Assembly: GCA_034435015.1 (NCBI GenBank)
Contig: DAOTYH010000103.1
Span: 741 to 64,740, forward strand
Length of the DNA stretch: 64,000 nucleotides
Source: Anaerolineae bacterium
GTDB lineage: Bacteria > Chloroflexota > Anaerolineae > Aggregatilineales > UBA3940
Direction: 5' to 3'
The notes under the pieces are model-generated. The model was not told where the DNA came from. It did no database searches and saw only the letters and a program-made list of their open reading frames with translations. A program made the position numbers and the translations under genes. How positions within the stretch are numbered: position 1 is the first letter of the stretch; each line of letters opens with the position of its first letter. Below, piece after piece: positions 1-9,308 of this stretch.

Positions 1-574
1 GGAAAACGCCTGCTGTTCCGTACACCAACCATAGATAAGATGTCAAGCGTAATTTGGCCCGAACACTCCGGCCAATCATTAGGTAACCGGAAGCCATGAA
101 GGCTCCAATGAGTGCCAATACGTCCCCCCAAAGGGTTGAGCCTGTTGTACCGGTCCAGTCTGCCAGCCCGACGATGCTTCCGCCTATCATGGCGGCCACG
201 ATCCCAACCCACGTGAGGCGAGGCGTGCGCTCGCCCAGCACCAGCGGTGATGCCAGACCGATCCAGAGGGGGGTCGTAGTTACCAGTACAACAGAGCTAA
301 CCACTGACGTGTGGGCCAGAGAAGTGATCCAAGTTGCGAAGTGGAGGCCCAGTAACAAGCCGCTTAACAGCAACATTCCCAGCTCACGCTTCTCTAGTTT
401 AGCATAATCCTGCCATGCACGCTGGCTGAGGGCTGGAATACTCATGACCACTGTGGCGGTGAGTAGCCGATAAGCGGCAATCACTAGTGAAGGGGCTCCT
501 CCTGCCTGTGCTTGTCGAATGAAGATGGAGGCGGAAGCCATTGCCAGCACACCCACACATAGGATCAGCCCCAT
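1..574 (-). CDS. EamA/DMT-family transporter, partial (3' end beyond window start)
   Basis: Hand translation of the minus strand from ATG at 574-572 gives MGLILCVGVLAMASASIFIRQAQAGGAPSLVIAAYRLLTATVV...LLLGLHFATWITSLAHTSVVSSVVLVTTTPLW. It is an uninterrupted, multi-TM, EamA-like repeat with no stop down to position 1. It is absent from the ORF track because it has no stop in the window. Confidence 0.7.
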   Translation of the reverse strand, partial: MGLILCVGVLAMASASIFIRQAQAGGAPSLVIAAYRLLTATVVMSIPALSQRAWQDYAKLEKRELGMLLLSGLLLGLHFATWITSLAHTSVVSSVVLVTTTPLWIGLASPLVLGERTPRLTWVGIVAAMIGGSIVGLADWTGTTGSTLWGDVLALIGAFMASGYLMIGRSVRAKLRLTSYLWLVYGTAGVF

Positions 575-722
575 CTTGAGAGGGTATTTCACTAAACTTG
601 ATTTCTCCTATCAACAAAGCTAGAATCACGATGCGGTTTGCAGGGCGAATACTGCGATCTTAGCATCGCATGGGTCAGTGGTCAATGTATTCGACGAAAA
701 GCTCCTGAAGTGTGAGGCCGCT

Positions 723-750
723 TTGTAATTCCTCTGTTGTTTTGTATAGT
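723..750 (+). promoter_or_regulatory. Candidate sigma70-type promoter for sodA (TTGTAA, 16 nt spacer, TATAGT)
   Basis: -35 TTGTAA at 723-728 and -10 TATAGT at 745-750. An AGGAGGG RBS at 764-770 sits 7 nt before the ATG at 778. Confidence 0.4.
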
Positions 751-777
751 CTGCTGACAAGCTAGGAGGGTACTCAG

Positions 778-1395
778 ATGGGACGTCATGAACTTCCACC
801 GTTGCCATATGCCTATGATGCGCTAGAGCCTCATATTGATGAGCTTACCATGCGCATCCATCATGATAAGCATCATCAGGCATATGTTGACAATCTTAAT
901 GCCGCATTGGAGAAGTATCCTGATCTGCAGGACAAGAGCGTTGAGGAGCTGGTAAAGAATCTTGATGCTGTGCCGGAGGACATCCGTACAGCCGTCCGCA
1001 ATCATGGCGGGGGACATTTTAACCACACCATGTTCTGGCTGATCATGGGGCCAAATGGAGGCGGTGAACCGGGCGGCAAGCTGGGAGAGGCTATTCAAGC
1101 GGCCTTCGGCTCTTTTGAGAGCTTCAAGGAACAGTTCAACAAGGCAGCGATGGGACGCTTTGGAAGCGGCTGGGCTTGGCTGTGTGTGGACGCAAATAAG
1201 AATCTGGTCATCACCAGTACTGCCAATCAGGATACTCCACTTGCAGATGGGTTGACTCCTATTTTGGGCCTGGATGTGTGGGAGCACGCCTACTATCTCA
1301 AGTATCAGAATCGACGGGGTGAATACGTTCAGGCATGGTGGAATGTCGTTAACTGGGGCGAGGTAACTGCCCGCTTTGAGGCGGCTCTAAAGTAG
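778..1395 (+). CDS. sodA: Superoxide dismutase, Mn type
   Basis: [14 protein letters not shown] and DVWEHAYYL Fe/Mn-SOD signatures. [11 protein letters not shown] and STANQD match the Mn-type discriminating residues seen in E. coli SodA. Confidence 0.9.
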   Translation: MGRHELPPLPYAYDALEPHIDELTMRIHHDKHHQAYVDNLNAALEKYPDLQDKSVEELVKNLDAVPEDIRTAVRNHGGGHFNHTMFWLIMGPNGGGEPGGKLGEAIQAAFGSFESFKEQFNKAAMGRFGSGWAWLCVDANKNLVITSTANQDTPLADGLTPILGLDVWEHAYYLKYQNRRGEYVQAWWNVVNWGEVTARFEAALK

Positions 1396-1442
1396 TTTAT
1401 AATAGTGGGTGTATGGTAACCGAGTGAGAGGAGAGAATCCAC

Positions 1443-1796
1443 ATGACCCACGTTATCACCAGCCTGTGTCTGCGCGACGGCGCCTGCGTGGAGGTTTGCC
1501 CGGTGGAATGTATAGTTCCCGGCAAGCCTGAAAACGAGTGGCCTTGGTATTTTATCGACCCGGATACCTGTATAGATTGCGGTGCTTGCATTCCCGAATG
1601 TCCTTACGAAGCTATCTTTATCGAGGATGATGTGCCTTCAGCCTATACAATGAAGGCTGGGCAGAAGCGTGTCCCGTTCGACACAAAGACGGAAGTGGTT
1701 TATCAGGGCGGCGAGGTAGTTGATCTGAGGCCGGATATTCAGCCCAACGCGGATTTCTTCAAAAAAGGGCCGGGTTACGACGCACGTAACATGTGA
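1443..1796 (+). CDS. Ferredoxin, 7Fe (3Fe-4S plus 4Fe-4S) FdxA-like
   Basis: [12 protein letters not shown] and [12 protein letters not shown] cluster motifs. The layout resembles Azotobacter-type ferredoxin I. Confidence 0.8.
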   Translation: MTHVITSLCLRDGACVEVCPVECIVPGKPENEWPWYFIDPDTCIDCGACIPECPYEAIFIEDDVPSAYTMKAGQKRVPFDTKTEVVYQGGEVVDLRPDIQPNADFFKKGPGYDARNM

Positions 1797-1837
1797 CCCT
1801 CTGCTGTTTGTGTTTTTGTTAAACTGATGTATCTTAA

Positions 1838-1871
1838 GGGAGAGCAACCCGCTAGCCGGTGTTGCTCTCCC
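1838..1871 (+). terminator. Intrinsic-terminator-like hairpin after the ferredoxin gene
   Basis: Perfect 11-bp stem GGGAGAGCAAC / GTTGCTCTCCC with a 12-nt loop, followed by a T/C-rich tract. It lies inside the annotated 5' extension of the next ORF. Confidence 0.55.
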
Positions 1872-1915
1872 TCATGTTCTGCTTCTTCTCCTTTGTCAGG
1901 AAGGTGAGAATAGCA

Positions 1916-3349
1916 ATGGCCGAGTTCCGGATTGAGAAAGACTCACTTGGCGAGTTAAGAGTTCCAGCCAATGCTCTCTATGCGGCTCAGACTCAGCGGG
2001 CAGTAGAGAATTTCCCCATATCTGGCCTCAAACAGTATCGTGCCTTCATCTGGGGCATGGCGGTGATCAAGCGCGCCGCGGCAGAAGTTAATTTTGAGCT
2101 GGGACTTTTTGCTGACCGTAAAGCTGGGGACAAGGTAGTAACAGGCGAACAGATTGCCCGTTCCATCATGCAGGCCGCTGAAGAGGTCATGGAGGGCAAG
2201 TGGGATGATCAGTTTGTCGTTGATCCTTTTCAGGCAGGGGCAGGCACTTCCCATAACATGAATACAAACGAGGTGATCGCCAATCGGGCTAACCTCTTGC
2301 TGGGCTTTGCGTTGGATGACCCGCAAAAGCCAGTCCATCCGAATGATCATGTGAACATGGCGCAGTCTACTAATGACACGATCCCGACGGCTATCCGTCT
2401 GGGGTGTTTATGGCGTCTGGATGAACTGACATCCGTTTTGGATGATCTGGCAGAGGCTTTTGCAAACAAAGCCCGTGAATTTGACGACATTGTTAAGTCG
2501 GGGCGTACTCACCTACAGGATGCTGTGCCGATCCGAATGGGGCAAGAATTCGGCGCTTATGCCCGTGCCATTGAACGTAACACGGACAAAATTGTCGAGG
2601 CCGCGAAGGGTCTCAGGCGGCTGGGTATTGGCGGTACAGCGAATGGGAGCGGCCTCAATGCGCATCCTGAGTACCACCGGCGTATGATCGCCAAGCTGGA
2701 GGAATTGACAGGCCTGGAGCTTGAGACTTGCGATAACCTGTTTGAAGCGATGCAATCCATGCAGGATGCAGTCCACTTCAGCGGTGCCATGCGAACGTTG
2801 GCTCAAGATATCACACGCATTGCTAACGATCTCCGGTTGCTGTGTTCGGGACCTGCTACAGGGTTGGCCGAGATTACCATGCCGGCTGTACAGCCTGGTT
2901 CCAGCATCATGCCGGGAAAAATTAATCCTAGCATTGCGGAAATGGTCAATCAGACCATGTATCATGTGATGGGTAATGACCTCACCGTGATGTTGTGCGG
3001 TCAGGCTGGTCAGTTGGAGTTGAATGTGATGATGCCCATTATGGGCTATAATCTCTTCCAGATGATGGACATCACCATCAACTCGTTGCGTGTCTTGAAG
3101 GAACGTGCCATAGATGGGCTGGTTGCAAACAGGGAAAAGGCCGAGGGATGGCTAGCTAAGAACGCCATTCTTGTAACAGCCCTTAATCCTGTGATCGGCT
3201 ACCTCAAGGGGGCCGAGGTGGCCAAAGAGGCTATGGCAACCGGGCGGACCATCCGTGAGGTGGTACTTGAGAAGGGATACCTCTCACCAGAGGAAGCAGA
3301 CAGGCTTCTTGACGTGCGGAGGATGACGGAAGGTGGAATCCTCGAGTAG
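1916..3349 (+). CDS. aspA: Aspartate ammonia-lyase (class II fumarase/aspartase family)
   Basis: GSSIMPGKINP signature, GAGTSHNMNTNEVIANRA, GRTHLQDAVPI. The N-terminus RIEKDSLGELRVPANALYAAQTQRAVENFPISG is aspartase-like. Start moved to the ATG at 1916 (RBS GGAAGGTGAG) because the track start at 1859 lies in the terminator hairpin. Confidence 0.8.
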   Translation: MAEFRIEKDSLGELRVPANALYAAQTQRAVENFPISGLKQYRAFIWGMAVIKRAAAEVNFELGLFADRKAGDKVVTGEQIARSIMQAAEEVMEGKWDDQFVVDPFQAGAGTSHNMNTNEVIANRANLLLGFALDDPQKPVHPNDHVNMAQSTNDTIPTAIRLGCLWRLDELTSVLDDLAEAFANKAREFDDIVKSGRTHLQDAVPIRMGQEFGAYARAIERNTDKIVEAAKGLRRLGIGGTANGSGLNAHPEYHRRMIAKLEELTGLELETCDNLFEAMQSMQDAVHFSGAMRTLAQDITRIANDLRLLCSGPATGLAEITMPAVQPGSSIMPGKINPSIAEMVNQTMYHVMGNDLTVMLCGQAGQLELNVMMPIMGYNLFQMMDITINSLRVLKERAIDGLVANREKAEGWLAKNAILVTALNPVIGYLKGAEVAKEAMATGRTIREVVLEKGYLSPEEADRLLDVRRMTEGGILE

Positions 3350-3420
3350 CAGGCGGGTTGTGAGGGAGACAGCCAGACACAGTGCCCCTTTTTGCTGTTT
3401 GCGTTGAGGGGGGACAAGAC

Positions 3421-3963
3421 ATGACAGTTTGCCCACATTGCCAGCAGGATAATGTTGAGGGCGCGCTGATCTGTGAGAATTGCGGCATGTTGCTTGTTGC
3501 ACCGCGTGACGGATCACTGACAACGCGCCGTATGGAAGCAGAAGAGACGGCGACAGGGGCAGAGCTAGCGGCTACACTGCGTGGAACACAGACATTTCAT
3601 CCCGGTGCCCAGTTATATGTTCGCCTCTTGTCATGGTCGCCCCCTCAGCTCTTTGCACTTGAGGTAGAAGATGAGATCGTGCTCGGGCGGGTTGATAACT
3701 ATACAGATTTCCCGCCTGACATAGACCTTTCTCATTTTGGCGGCTGGGAGCAAGGTGTCTCTCGACTGCATGCCTCTATTCGACGCGAGGGAAGCCGGCT
3801 GATGGTCTCTGATCTGGGCAGTACCAATGGTACGTTCCTCAATGAGGAGCGTCTGCCTGCCCGCCAGCCTCATCTCCTGTGCGATGGGGACCGGATCAGA
3901 CTTGGACTGTTAGAATTGCAAATATTCTTCCATGAGCCGGGTCCTGAGGAGGAGGTTAACTGA
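3421..3963 (+). CDS. FHA-domain protein with N-terminal zinc ribbon
   Basis: CPHCQ...CENCG zinc ribbon, then the FHA core LGR...GVSRLHASIRREGSRLMVSDLGSTNGTFLNEERL. Start at M14 of the track ORF follows a GAGGGGGG RBS. Confidence 0.75.
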   Translation: MTVCPHCQQDNVEGALICENCGMLLVAPRDGSLTTRRMEAEETATGAELAATLRGTQTFHPGAQLYVRLLSWSPPQLFALEVEDEIVLGRVDNYTDFPPDIDLSHFGGWEQGVSRLHASIRREGSRLMVSDLGSTNGTFLNEERLPARQPHLLCDGDRIRLGLLELQIFFHEPGPEEEVN

Positions 3964-4013
3964 AGGTAGTTGTGTCGGTGGAAGTATGTCTGCAGGGATA
4001 CGCTGAGTAAAAC

Positions 4014-4451
4014 ATGGCAGTTAGAAAATTGGGGCTTCCTGCTGAATGTCTGGACCTGATCATCGGGCATGTACAGCGGGAAGCCCCTTACGAAGCCTGC
4101 GGCTTGCTTGGAGGGAAGGGTGGACAGGTCACGTCGGTCTTTTGTATCCCTAATGTTGCGCCTAACCCGTTAACAAGCTTTCTCATGGAACCCCAAGCCC
4201 AATTGTCGGCTCTCCTCACTATGGAGGAACGCGGCATGGAGCTTGTAGCAATCTACCACTCTCACCCTTCGGGCGCACGCAGTGATCCCTCTCCCAGTGA
4301 TATAGCGCAAGCCTACTACCCTGGAGTTGCCCATCTGATTATAGTACCTGGCTTGGATGGCGGGATAGCCAGCCTGCGGGCTTTCATGATCGAGGGGGGG
4401 CAAGTCTCAGAGATGCCGGTCATAACCAAAAGAGTGATACGCAACGGCTGA
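4014..4451 (+). CDS. JAMM/MPN+ family metalloprotease (Mov34/Mec+-like)
   Basis: EACG...HSHPSGARSDPSPSD matches the JAMM motif (E, HxH, S, D). Its size of 145 aa is typical of stand-alone prokaryotic JAMM proteins. Confidence 0.8.
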   Translation: MAVRKLGLPAECLDLIIGHVQREAPYEACGLLGGKGGQVTSVFCIPNVAPNPLTSFLMEPQAQLSALLTMEERGMELVAIYHSHPSGARSDPSPSDIAQAYYPGVAHLIIVPGLDGGIASLRAFMIEGGQVSEMPVITKRVIRNG

Positions 4452-4531
4452 CGGGGCGGAGGGTTTTGGTAAATAAACAGCGGAACCAGCATAGGACCTG
4501 GTTCAAGTGTTTTTCTAGTGAGGGGAATGAA

Positions 4532-5182
4532 ATGTCAGGGGTGATGGCGGGAGTGCTGATCCGCGCTGTAGGCGTAATAGCCGCTTATCTGCTGGGTTCT
4601 ATTCCGGTTGGCTTATTAGTGGTGCGTGCTCTCAAGGGGCAGGATATTCGTTCTATTGGGAGTGGACGCACAGGGGGCACGAATGCGTTTCGTGCAGGTG
4701 GTCTGGTGGCAGGGGCGATGACCGCCATCGGCGATGCCGCAAAGGGAATTGGGGCAGTTAATATAGCCCGTTTGCTTCTGCCCGGCGACCCGATCTTAGA
4801 GGCGTTATGTGCGGTAGCGGCGGTAGCCGGTCATAACTGGCCGATCTATATTGGCTTTCGGGGCGGGGCCGGGACGGGACCAAATATCGGGGCGGCAATA
4901 GCTCTGTGGCCGCTCTCGGCGGCTATTCTGATCCCGCTGACGCCTATTTTGCTGTTTGCGACGGGCTATGCATCTGTCACTTCCACATTGATATCACTAG
5001 TGATAGTAGCTCTGTTTGTTGTGCGTGTACTAGCGGCCGGACAACCAGCCGCCTATGCCGGCTATGCGCTTGCTACCACCGTGCTGGTGGCAGTGGCGCT
5101 TATCCCCAATTATCGGCGTCTGATCGCAGGAACGGAACGCATGGTCGGCCCGCGTGCGCGGGCTACGCAGAGCAGTGAGTAG
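4532..5182 (+). CDS. plsY: Glycerol-3-phosphate acyltransferase PlsY
   Basis: YLLGSIPVGLLV, GSGRTGGTNAFR, AGHNWPIYIGFRGGAG. Start set at the ATG at 4532 after a GAGGGG RBS; the upstream part of the track ORF is hydrophilic and atypical. Confidence 0.85.
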   Translation: MSGVMAGVLIRAVGVIAAYLLGSIPVGLLVVRALKGQDIRSIGSGRTGGTNAFRAGGLVAGAMTAIGDAAKGIGAVNIARLLLPGDPILEALCAVAAVAGHNWPIYIGFRGGAGTGPNIGAAIALWPLSAAILIPLTPILLFATGYASVTSTLISLVIVALFVVRVLAAGQPAAYAGYALATTVLVAVALIPNYRRLIAGTERMVGPRARATQSSE

Positions 5183-5186
5183 ATTA

Positions 5187-6398
5187 TCAGGGGATGTAGA
5201 TGGTCCTCCACTCACTGAACTGAATCTGACCGACAGCCAGCGTAGTTGCACTACAGTCTCCCCAATTGGTGCAGGTGAGAGTACCTGTCAGGCCGGGGAA
5301 GGTTGAGGTGCTGTAGAGTGCCTCTCGGAGTGCGCGGCGTCCGATCTGCAGGTAGCCGCTTGGGGTCACAGTAGCCACTTTTTCTATGGCCTGCAAGAGC
5401 ATAACTGTCGCATCGTAGCTGTAGGCGAAGAGCAGGTTTGAAGGCTCTTCGCCATACTCTGAGATATAGGCGGCGGTAAGGGAGTTATAGGCCTCATTGT
5501 CGAGTATGGGGCCGACAGCATATATACCTTCTCCGTACCCCTTGACCTGTTCGGCGAACCATGTGCTCCAGTAGTGGCGTCCGCCTATGAGGGGAATCCT
5601 CGACAAGCCGAGGCCAACCCGTTGCTTGACGAAAGTGATAGCATCTGAAGGAAGCAGGGGAGCGTAGATCACATTCGGGTTTGCGTCACCAAGTGCCTCT
5701 AGTTGGGCCTGAAAGTTGTCTCCGCCCGGTGTGATGGTCTCGATAGCAACGATCGTGCCTCCTAGATGCTCAAAGGTGGTCTGGAAGGCGGCGATCAGCT
5801 CTGAAGTGTCAATTGTGCCGTCATGAACCAAGGCGGCACGGCGTGCGCCCATTTCGATATAGGCGTATCGCGCGGCTGTTTCTGCCTCTGCACTGTCCCT
5901 GTAGATGGTGCGCATGAATGAGTCGTTGTGCGTCACCTGATCAGTCAGGCTGGTGGCACTGCATGAAGGGGAAATGGTCGTGTAGAATGCCTCATCATAG
6001 AGAGAGGCACCTGTCAGGCACGAAAGTGAACAAACGTGCCCTATGGCAGACACAACATAGGGATGATTGGTGAAAATCTGAGCGGCCAGCAGGCCGCCGG
6101 TCTCGGAGCAGTACGTGTTGACGACTTCCGTCTGGATGATGAAACCCCTGATATGGATTCGTCTCTGGATGGCAAGTTCTACACCACGGGTGATCTCAAG
6201 GCTTTCTTGGGCAAGTCCGGGATCGTAGGTGCTTGTGACCACACCGATATAGAGTGGCCTTGCCGGCCTGACCTCAACAATCCCCCATGGGTCTTCATAG
6301 GGGGCCTCTGGGGGCGGTGGCTGGCTACAGGCTGTGATGGACAGCCCCCCTATAACTAAGAACAAGATAGAAGCGAGTCTGCGCATTGAGTGGCTCAT
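5187..6398 (-). CDS. Periplasmic-binding-protein type I (branched-chain amino acid/LivJ-like) ABC substrate-binding lipoprotein
   Basis: Signal peptide with lipobox LSITAC and a Peripla_BP_6-like pattern through the body. Start is uncertain (6398, 6386 or 6482). There are no cognate permease or ATPase genes nearby. Confidence 0.55.
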   Translation of the reverse strand: MSHSMRRLASILFLVIGGLSITACSQPPPPEAPYEDPWGIVEVRPARPLYIGVVTSTYDPGLAQESLEITRGVELAIQRRIHIRGFIIQTEVVNTYCSETGGLLAAQIFTNHPYVVSAIGHVCSLSCLTGASLYDEAFYTTISPSCSATSLTDQVTHNDSFMRTIYRDSAEAETAARYAYIEMGARRAALVHDGTIDTSELIAAFQTTFEHLGGTIVAIETITPGGDNFQAQLEALGDANPNVIYAPLLPSDAITFVKQRVGLGLSRIPLIGGRHYWSTWFAEQVKGYGEGIYAVGPILDNEAYNSLTAAYISEYGEEPSNLLFAYSYDATVMLLQAIEKVATVTPSGYLQIGRRALREALYSTSTFPGLTGTLTCTNWGDCSATTLAVGQIQFSEWRTIYIP

Positions 6399-6570
6399 AA
6401 GCAGTTCTCTGGACCTGACGGGCAAAATGTATACCTTGCCATTATTGGATGACAGTGTAGCATGCCGTTTCTCATGTAGCAATAGGATTACGGCATGCAG
6501 ATGCGTGGTATTATAATTCAGGTGACCCTCATCATCCTTACGATTCTGCTCACAATTAGGACGGCAAAAG

Positions 6571-7341
6571 ATGGTCAGTTACATACTTGCAGCGTTGGTA
6601 GGATTGATTCTAGGAGGGTGGATCGGTCTGCTGGCTGACTGGTTGCCCAAATTGAACCGTGACCTCAGAGGGGATTCGCAGGCGCAAGAGGCAGAATTAC
6701 CTGACAGCTCCGAGAGCACCAAAGGTCGGTGGTATCAACGTTTTGTTCAACCTCGCTACATAGCTGTTGAGCTTGTTATGGCAATTGCCTGCCTCTACCT
6801 ATGGCGTCGGGAGGGCTTGACTCCCATGCTGGGTATCCTTGTCTTCTATGTGGCCTTGTTTGTCTTGATCACTGTAATAGATATCGAACATCGGCTGGTG
6901 CTTGACGTGGTGATGCTGCCTGCTTTTGTGATTGCGCTACTTGAAGTAGCTTTAAGTAACCGGCTTAGTCTGCAAAATGCACTGGTAGGATTTGCGGTAG
7001 GCCAGATCGTTGTGATGGGCTTCTACATATTGGGGATAATTTATCTGTGGATCATCAATGCAGGACGCAAGGAACAAGTGAGGGAGGTAGCATTCGGGTT
7101 TGGTGATGTCACGCTGGCAACCTTCTGTGGTTTGGTAGTCGGTTATCCGCGTGTGGTAGTGATGCTGGTGCTTATGGTGGCTCTAGGCGGCCTGATAGCA
7201 TTGCTCTATCTGCTCTATCGGGCCATCATAGCGCGCGATTACAAGGCGCATACGCCGTTGCCCTATGGGCCTTCTATCGTCTTGGCGGCTTTAGTGATGC
7301 TGTTATGGGGGAGAGAAATTGGGCGTCTGTTGGGCGCATGA
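6571..7341 (+). CDS. A24-family prepilin-peptidase-like membrane protein
   Basis: Polytopic membrane protein with FGFGDVTLA (GxGD-type aspartyl motif) and a C-terminal PYGPSIVLAAL, resembling PilD/A24 peptidases. The second catalytic Asp motif was not clearly identified. Confidence 0.5.
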   Translation: MVSYILAALVGLILGGWIGLLADWLPKLNRDLRGDSQAQEAELPDSSESTKGRWYQRFVQPRYIAVELVMAIACLYLWRREGLTPMLGILVFYVALFVLITVIDIEHRLVLDVVMLPAFVIALLEVALSNRLSLQNALVGFAVGQIVVMGFYILGIIYLWIINAGRKEQVREVAFGFGDVTLATFCGLVVGYPRVVVMLVLMVALGGLIALLYLLYRAIIARDYKAHTPLPYGPSIVLAALVMLLWGREIGRLLGA

Positions 7342-7352
7342 TAGGAACTTAG

Positions 7353-8459
7353 TTAGACTGAGAGGGCGATCAGGCCGCATCCTAGCACCTTATCCCCCTG
7401 ATATTCGTAGAAGACAGCCCCTTGTCCGGGGGTGATGTCTGGCAGGGGTTCATCAAGCCATACCTCGGTGATATTCTGATTGAGGGGAAGCACACGAGCC
7501 GGTACAGGGCGGGCTTTGTAACGAATCTTGACTTCTACCCTGATCTCATGAGCAGGCCCTTTACCATCAATCCAGTTCATATCTCTGGCATATAGATGGT
7601 CTCTGCCCATTTCATTGCGTGTGCCGACCCAGAGCGTGTTGCTTGCGGCATCCTTGCCGATGACATATAGAGGCTCAGGCCAGGCAATGCCTAGTCCCTT
7701 GCGCTGGCCGATGGTGTAATTGGGCAGGCCGGTGTGTTCTCCGATCTGCGTCCCCGACCTTAACCTGATCGGCCCAGGTTTGAAGGCTTGGGCCGCCGTC
7801 TCGCGCATAAAACGACGATAGTCTCCATCGGCAATGAAGCACAAGTCCTGACTATCATGCTTGTCAGCTACTGGCAGGCCAAACCTGCGTGCTAGTTCAC
7901 GTACTTCTGATTTGGTCAGGTTGCCTACTGGAAACATGGCATGGCTGAGCTGGCTCTGGGTCAGGACGCTCAGGACATAACTCTGGTCTTTGTCCGGATC
8001 AATCCCCTTGCGTAATTCAAGTATCCCCTCGTCCGAGCGGGTGATCCGTGCGTAATGGCCAGTGGCCAGATAAGCCGCACGGCGAGACAAAGCTTCTTCT
8101 AGTAGATAGCCAAAGCGGATATGCCGGTTGCAGGCTAAGCAGGGGTTGGGGGTGATCCCCTGCACATATCCTTCGATGAAGGTGTCCACCACATGCCGCT
8201 TGAAGATGTCCCGTGCGTCAATCACAAGGAAGGGAATACCCAATTTTCGGGCAACAAAGTGCGCGGAGAGCATTTGGTCGCGGGTACAACAACGGTTATC
8301 GCGCTGGATTGCCGGCCCCTGCTCTGTCCATAGGCGCAGCATGAGGCCGATCACCTCGTACCCTTGCTCGACCAACAAAGCGGCACTGACCGAGCTGTCT
8401 ACCCCGCCGCTCATAGCAACTACAACGCGCTTGCGATCCTCCGGTATGCTGGTTCCCAT
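7353..8459 (-). CDS. mnmA: tRNA 2-thiouridine(34) synthase MnmA
   Basis: PP-loop VVVAMSGGVDSSV, NPCLACNRHIRF, and a conserved C-terminal beta-barrel region. Confidence 0.92.
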   Translation of the reverse strand: MGTSIPEDRKRVVVAMSGGVDSSVSAALLVEQGYEVIGLMLRLWTEQGPAIQRDNRCCTRDQMLSAHFVARKLGIPFLVIDARDIFKRHVVDTFIEGYVQGITPNPCLACNRHIRFGYLLEEALSRRAAYLATGHYARITRSDEGILELRKGIDPDKDQSYVLSVLTQSQLSHAMFPVGNLTKSEVRELARRFGLPVADKHDSQDLCFIADGDYRRFMRETAAQAFKPGPIRLRSGTQIGEHTGLPNYTIGQRKGLGIAWPEPLYVIGKDAASNTLWVGTRNEMGRDHLYARDMNWIDGKGPAHEIRVEVKIRYKARPVPARVLPLNQNITEVWLDEPLPDITPGQGAVFYEYQGDKVLGCGLIALSV

Positions 8460-8592
8460 TCGATGCCTTGTTGCCCTAACCCAAAGAGATGTGCGGATTG
8501 TAGCGTGTGGAAATCTACTGAGTCAACAGGCTCTGTCTTCCTTGAGCCGTTCAGTAAGGGCCGTCTGCAATTGATAAGGAGTTCTCTCGGTT

Positions 8593-9141
8593 TTACAGGG
8601 GCATCTCGTTGTCAGGAAGACCGCTGGGTTCGGATGGATCACCATAGCGGGCATAACTTTGGGCCGTGGCTGTTCGTCTGATCTGTGCTGTTTCTTCTAT
8701 CTGCGGATGTTCGCAATAGGGGCAGATTGTCCAGGGTAACTCAAGAAGCTGTCCGCAATTTTGACAGCTCTTCTTAAGTTTGGTATGACAGTAAGGGCAT
8801 AGCCGCCAAGTCTCTTTGATGGCATGACCACAGCCGGGGCATACCTGCCGATTCTCAATTTCTTGGAGGAGAGCTTCCTCTTCCAGCGCACGTTCATACT
8901 GCTGGGCCAGTGTTTCCTGTGGACGCAGAATAAGGTAGACCAGCAATCCCGGAATGTTGAGGAGGCCGACAACTAGGGCCGCCAATACCTGAGCAAAGAC
9001 ATCGCGTGAGCGGGAACGCATGTCACGGAATGTCCAGATGATCATTGAGATCCATAGCGCTGTGCCAATGGCGGTCAGGATGGAGACTACTGCAATCAAC
9101 ACGCCGCTGAATTGCTGAGTATCGAGGCTGAAGATGGACAC
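8593..9141 (-). CDS. Small membrane protein with PLDc_N-like N-terminus and double zinc ribbon
   Basis: Two TM helices (IWTFRDMRSR...LLNIPGLLVYLILRP), then CPGCG...CPYCH and CQNCG...CPYCE. Confidence 0.6.
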   Translation of the reverse strand: MSIFSLDTQQFSGVLIAVVSILTAIGTALWISMIIWTFRDMRSRSRDVFAQVLAALVVGLLNIPGLLVYLILRPQETLAQQYERALEEEALLQEIENRQVCPGCGHAIKETWRLCPYCHTKLKKSCQNCGQLLELPWTICPYCEHPQIEETAQIRRTATAQSYARYGDPSEPSGLPDNEMPL

Positions 9142-9308
9142 TCTAAACCTCCTGACCGTTCTGGGATGCCAACAAGGTCAGCGGAGGGGATTATACAGTG
9201 GGGTTTAGGGCGGGGCAAATGAGAGGAATCCTGCGTGCCGCCCCAACTTGGCTCTTGTTGACAGTATATGCTATAACGAGGACGACGGCTTAGTGAGGAG
9301 AGAAGTGC

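Noticed and set aside
96-407. 103-aa plus-strand ORF from the track
   Set aside because: It is antisense to a much better minus-strand reading frame (1-574) that translates into a continuous multi-TM EamA-type transporter. The plus-strand product is Pro/Ser/Thr/Arg-rich with no recognisable motif.
1859-1915. N-terminal extension of the aspA ORF (MLLSLMFCFFSFVRKVRIA)
   Set aside because: The extension starts inside the 3' arm of the terminator hairpin after the ferredoxin gene. The conserved aspartase N-terminus begins at the ATG at 1916, which has its own RBS.
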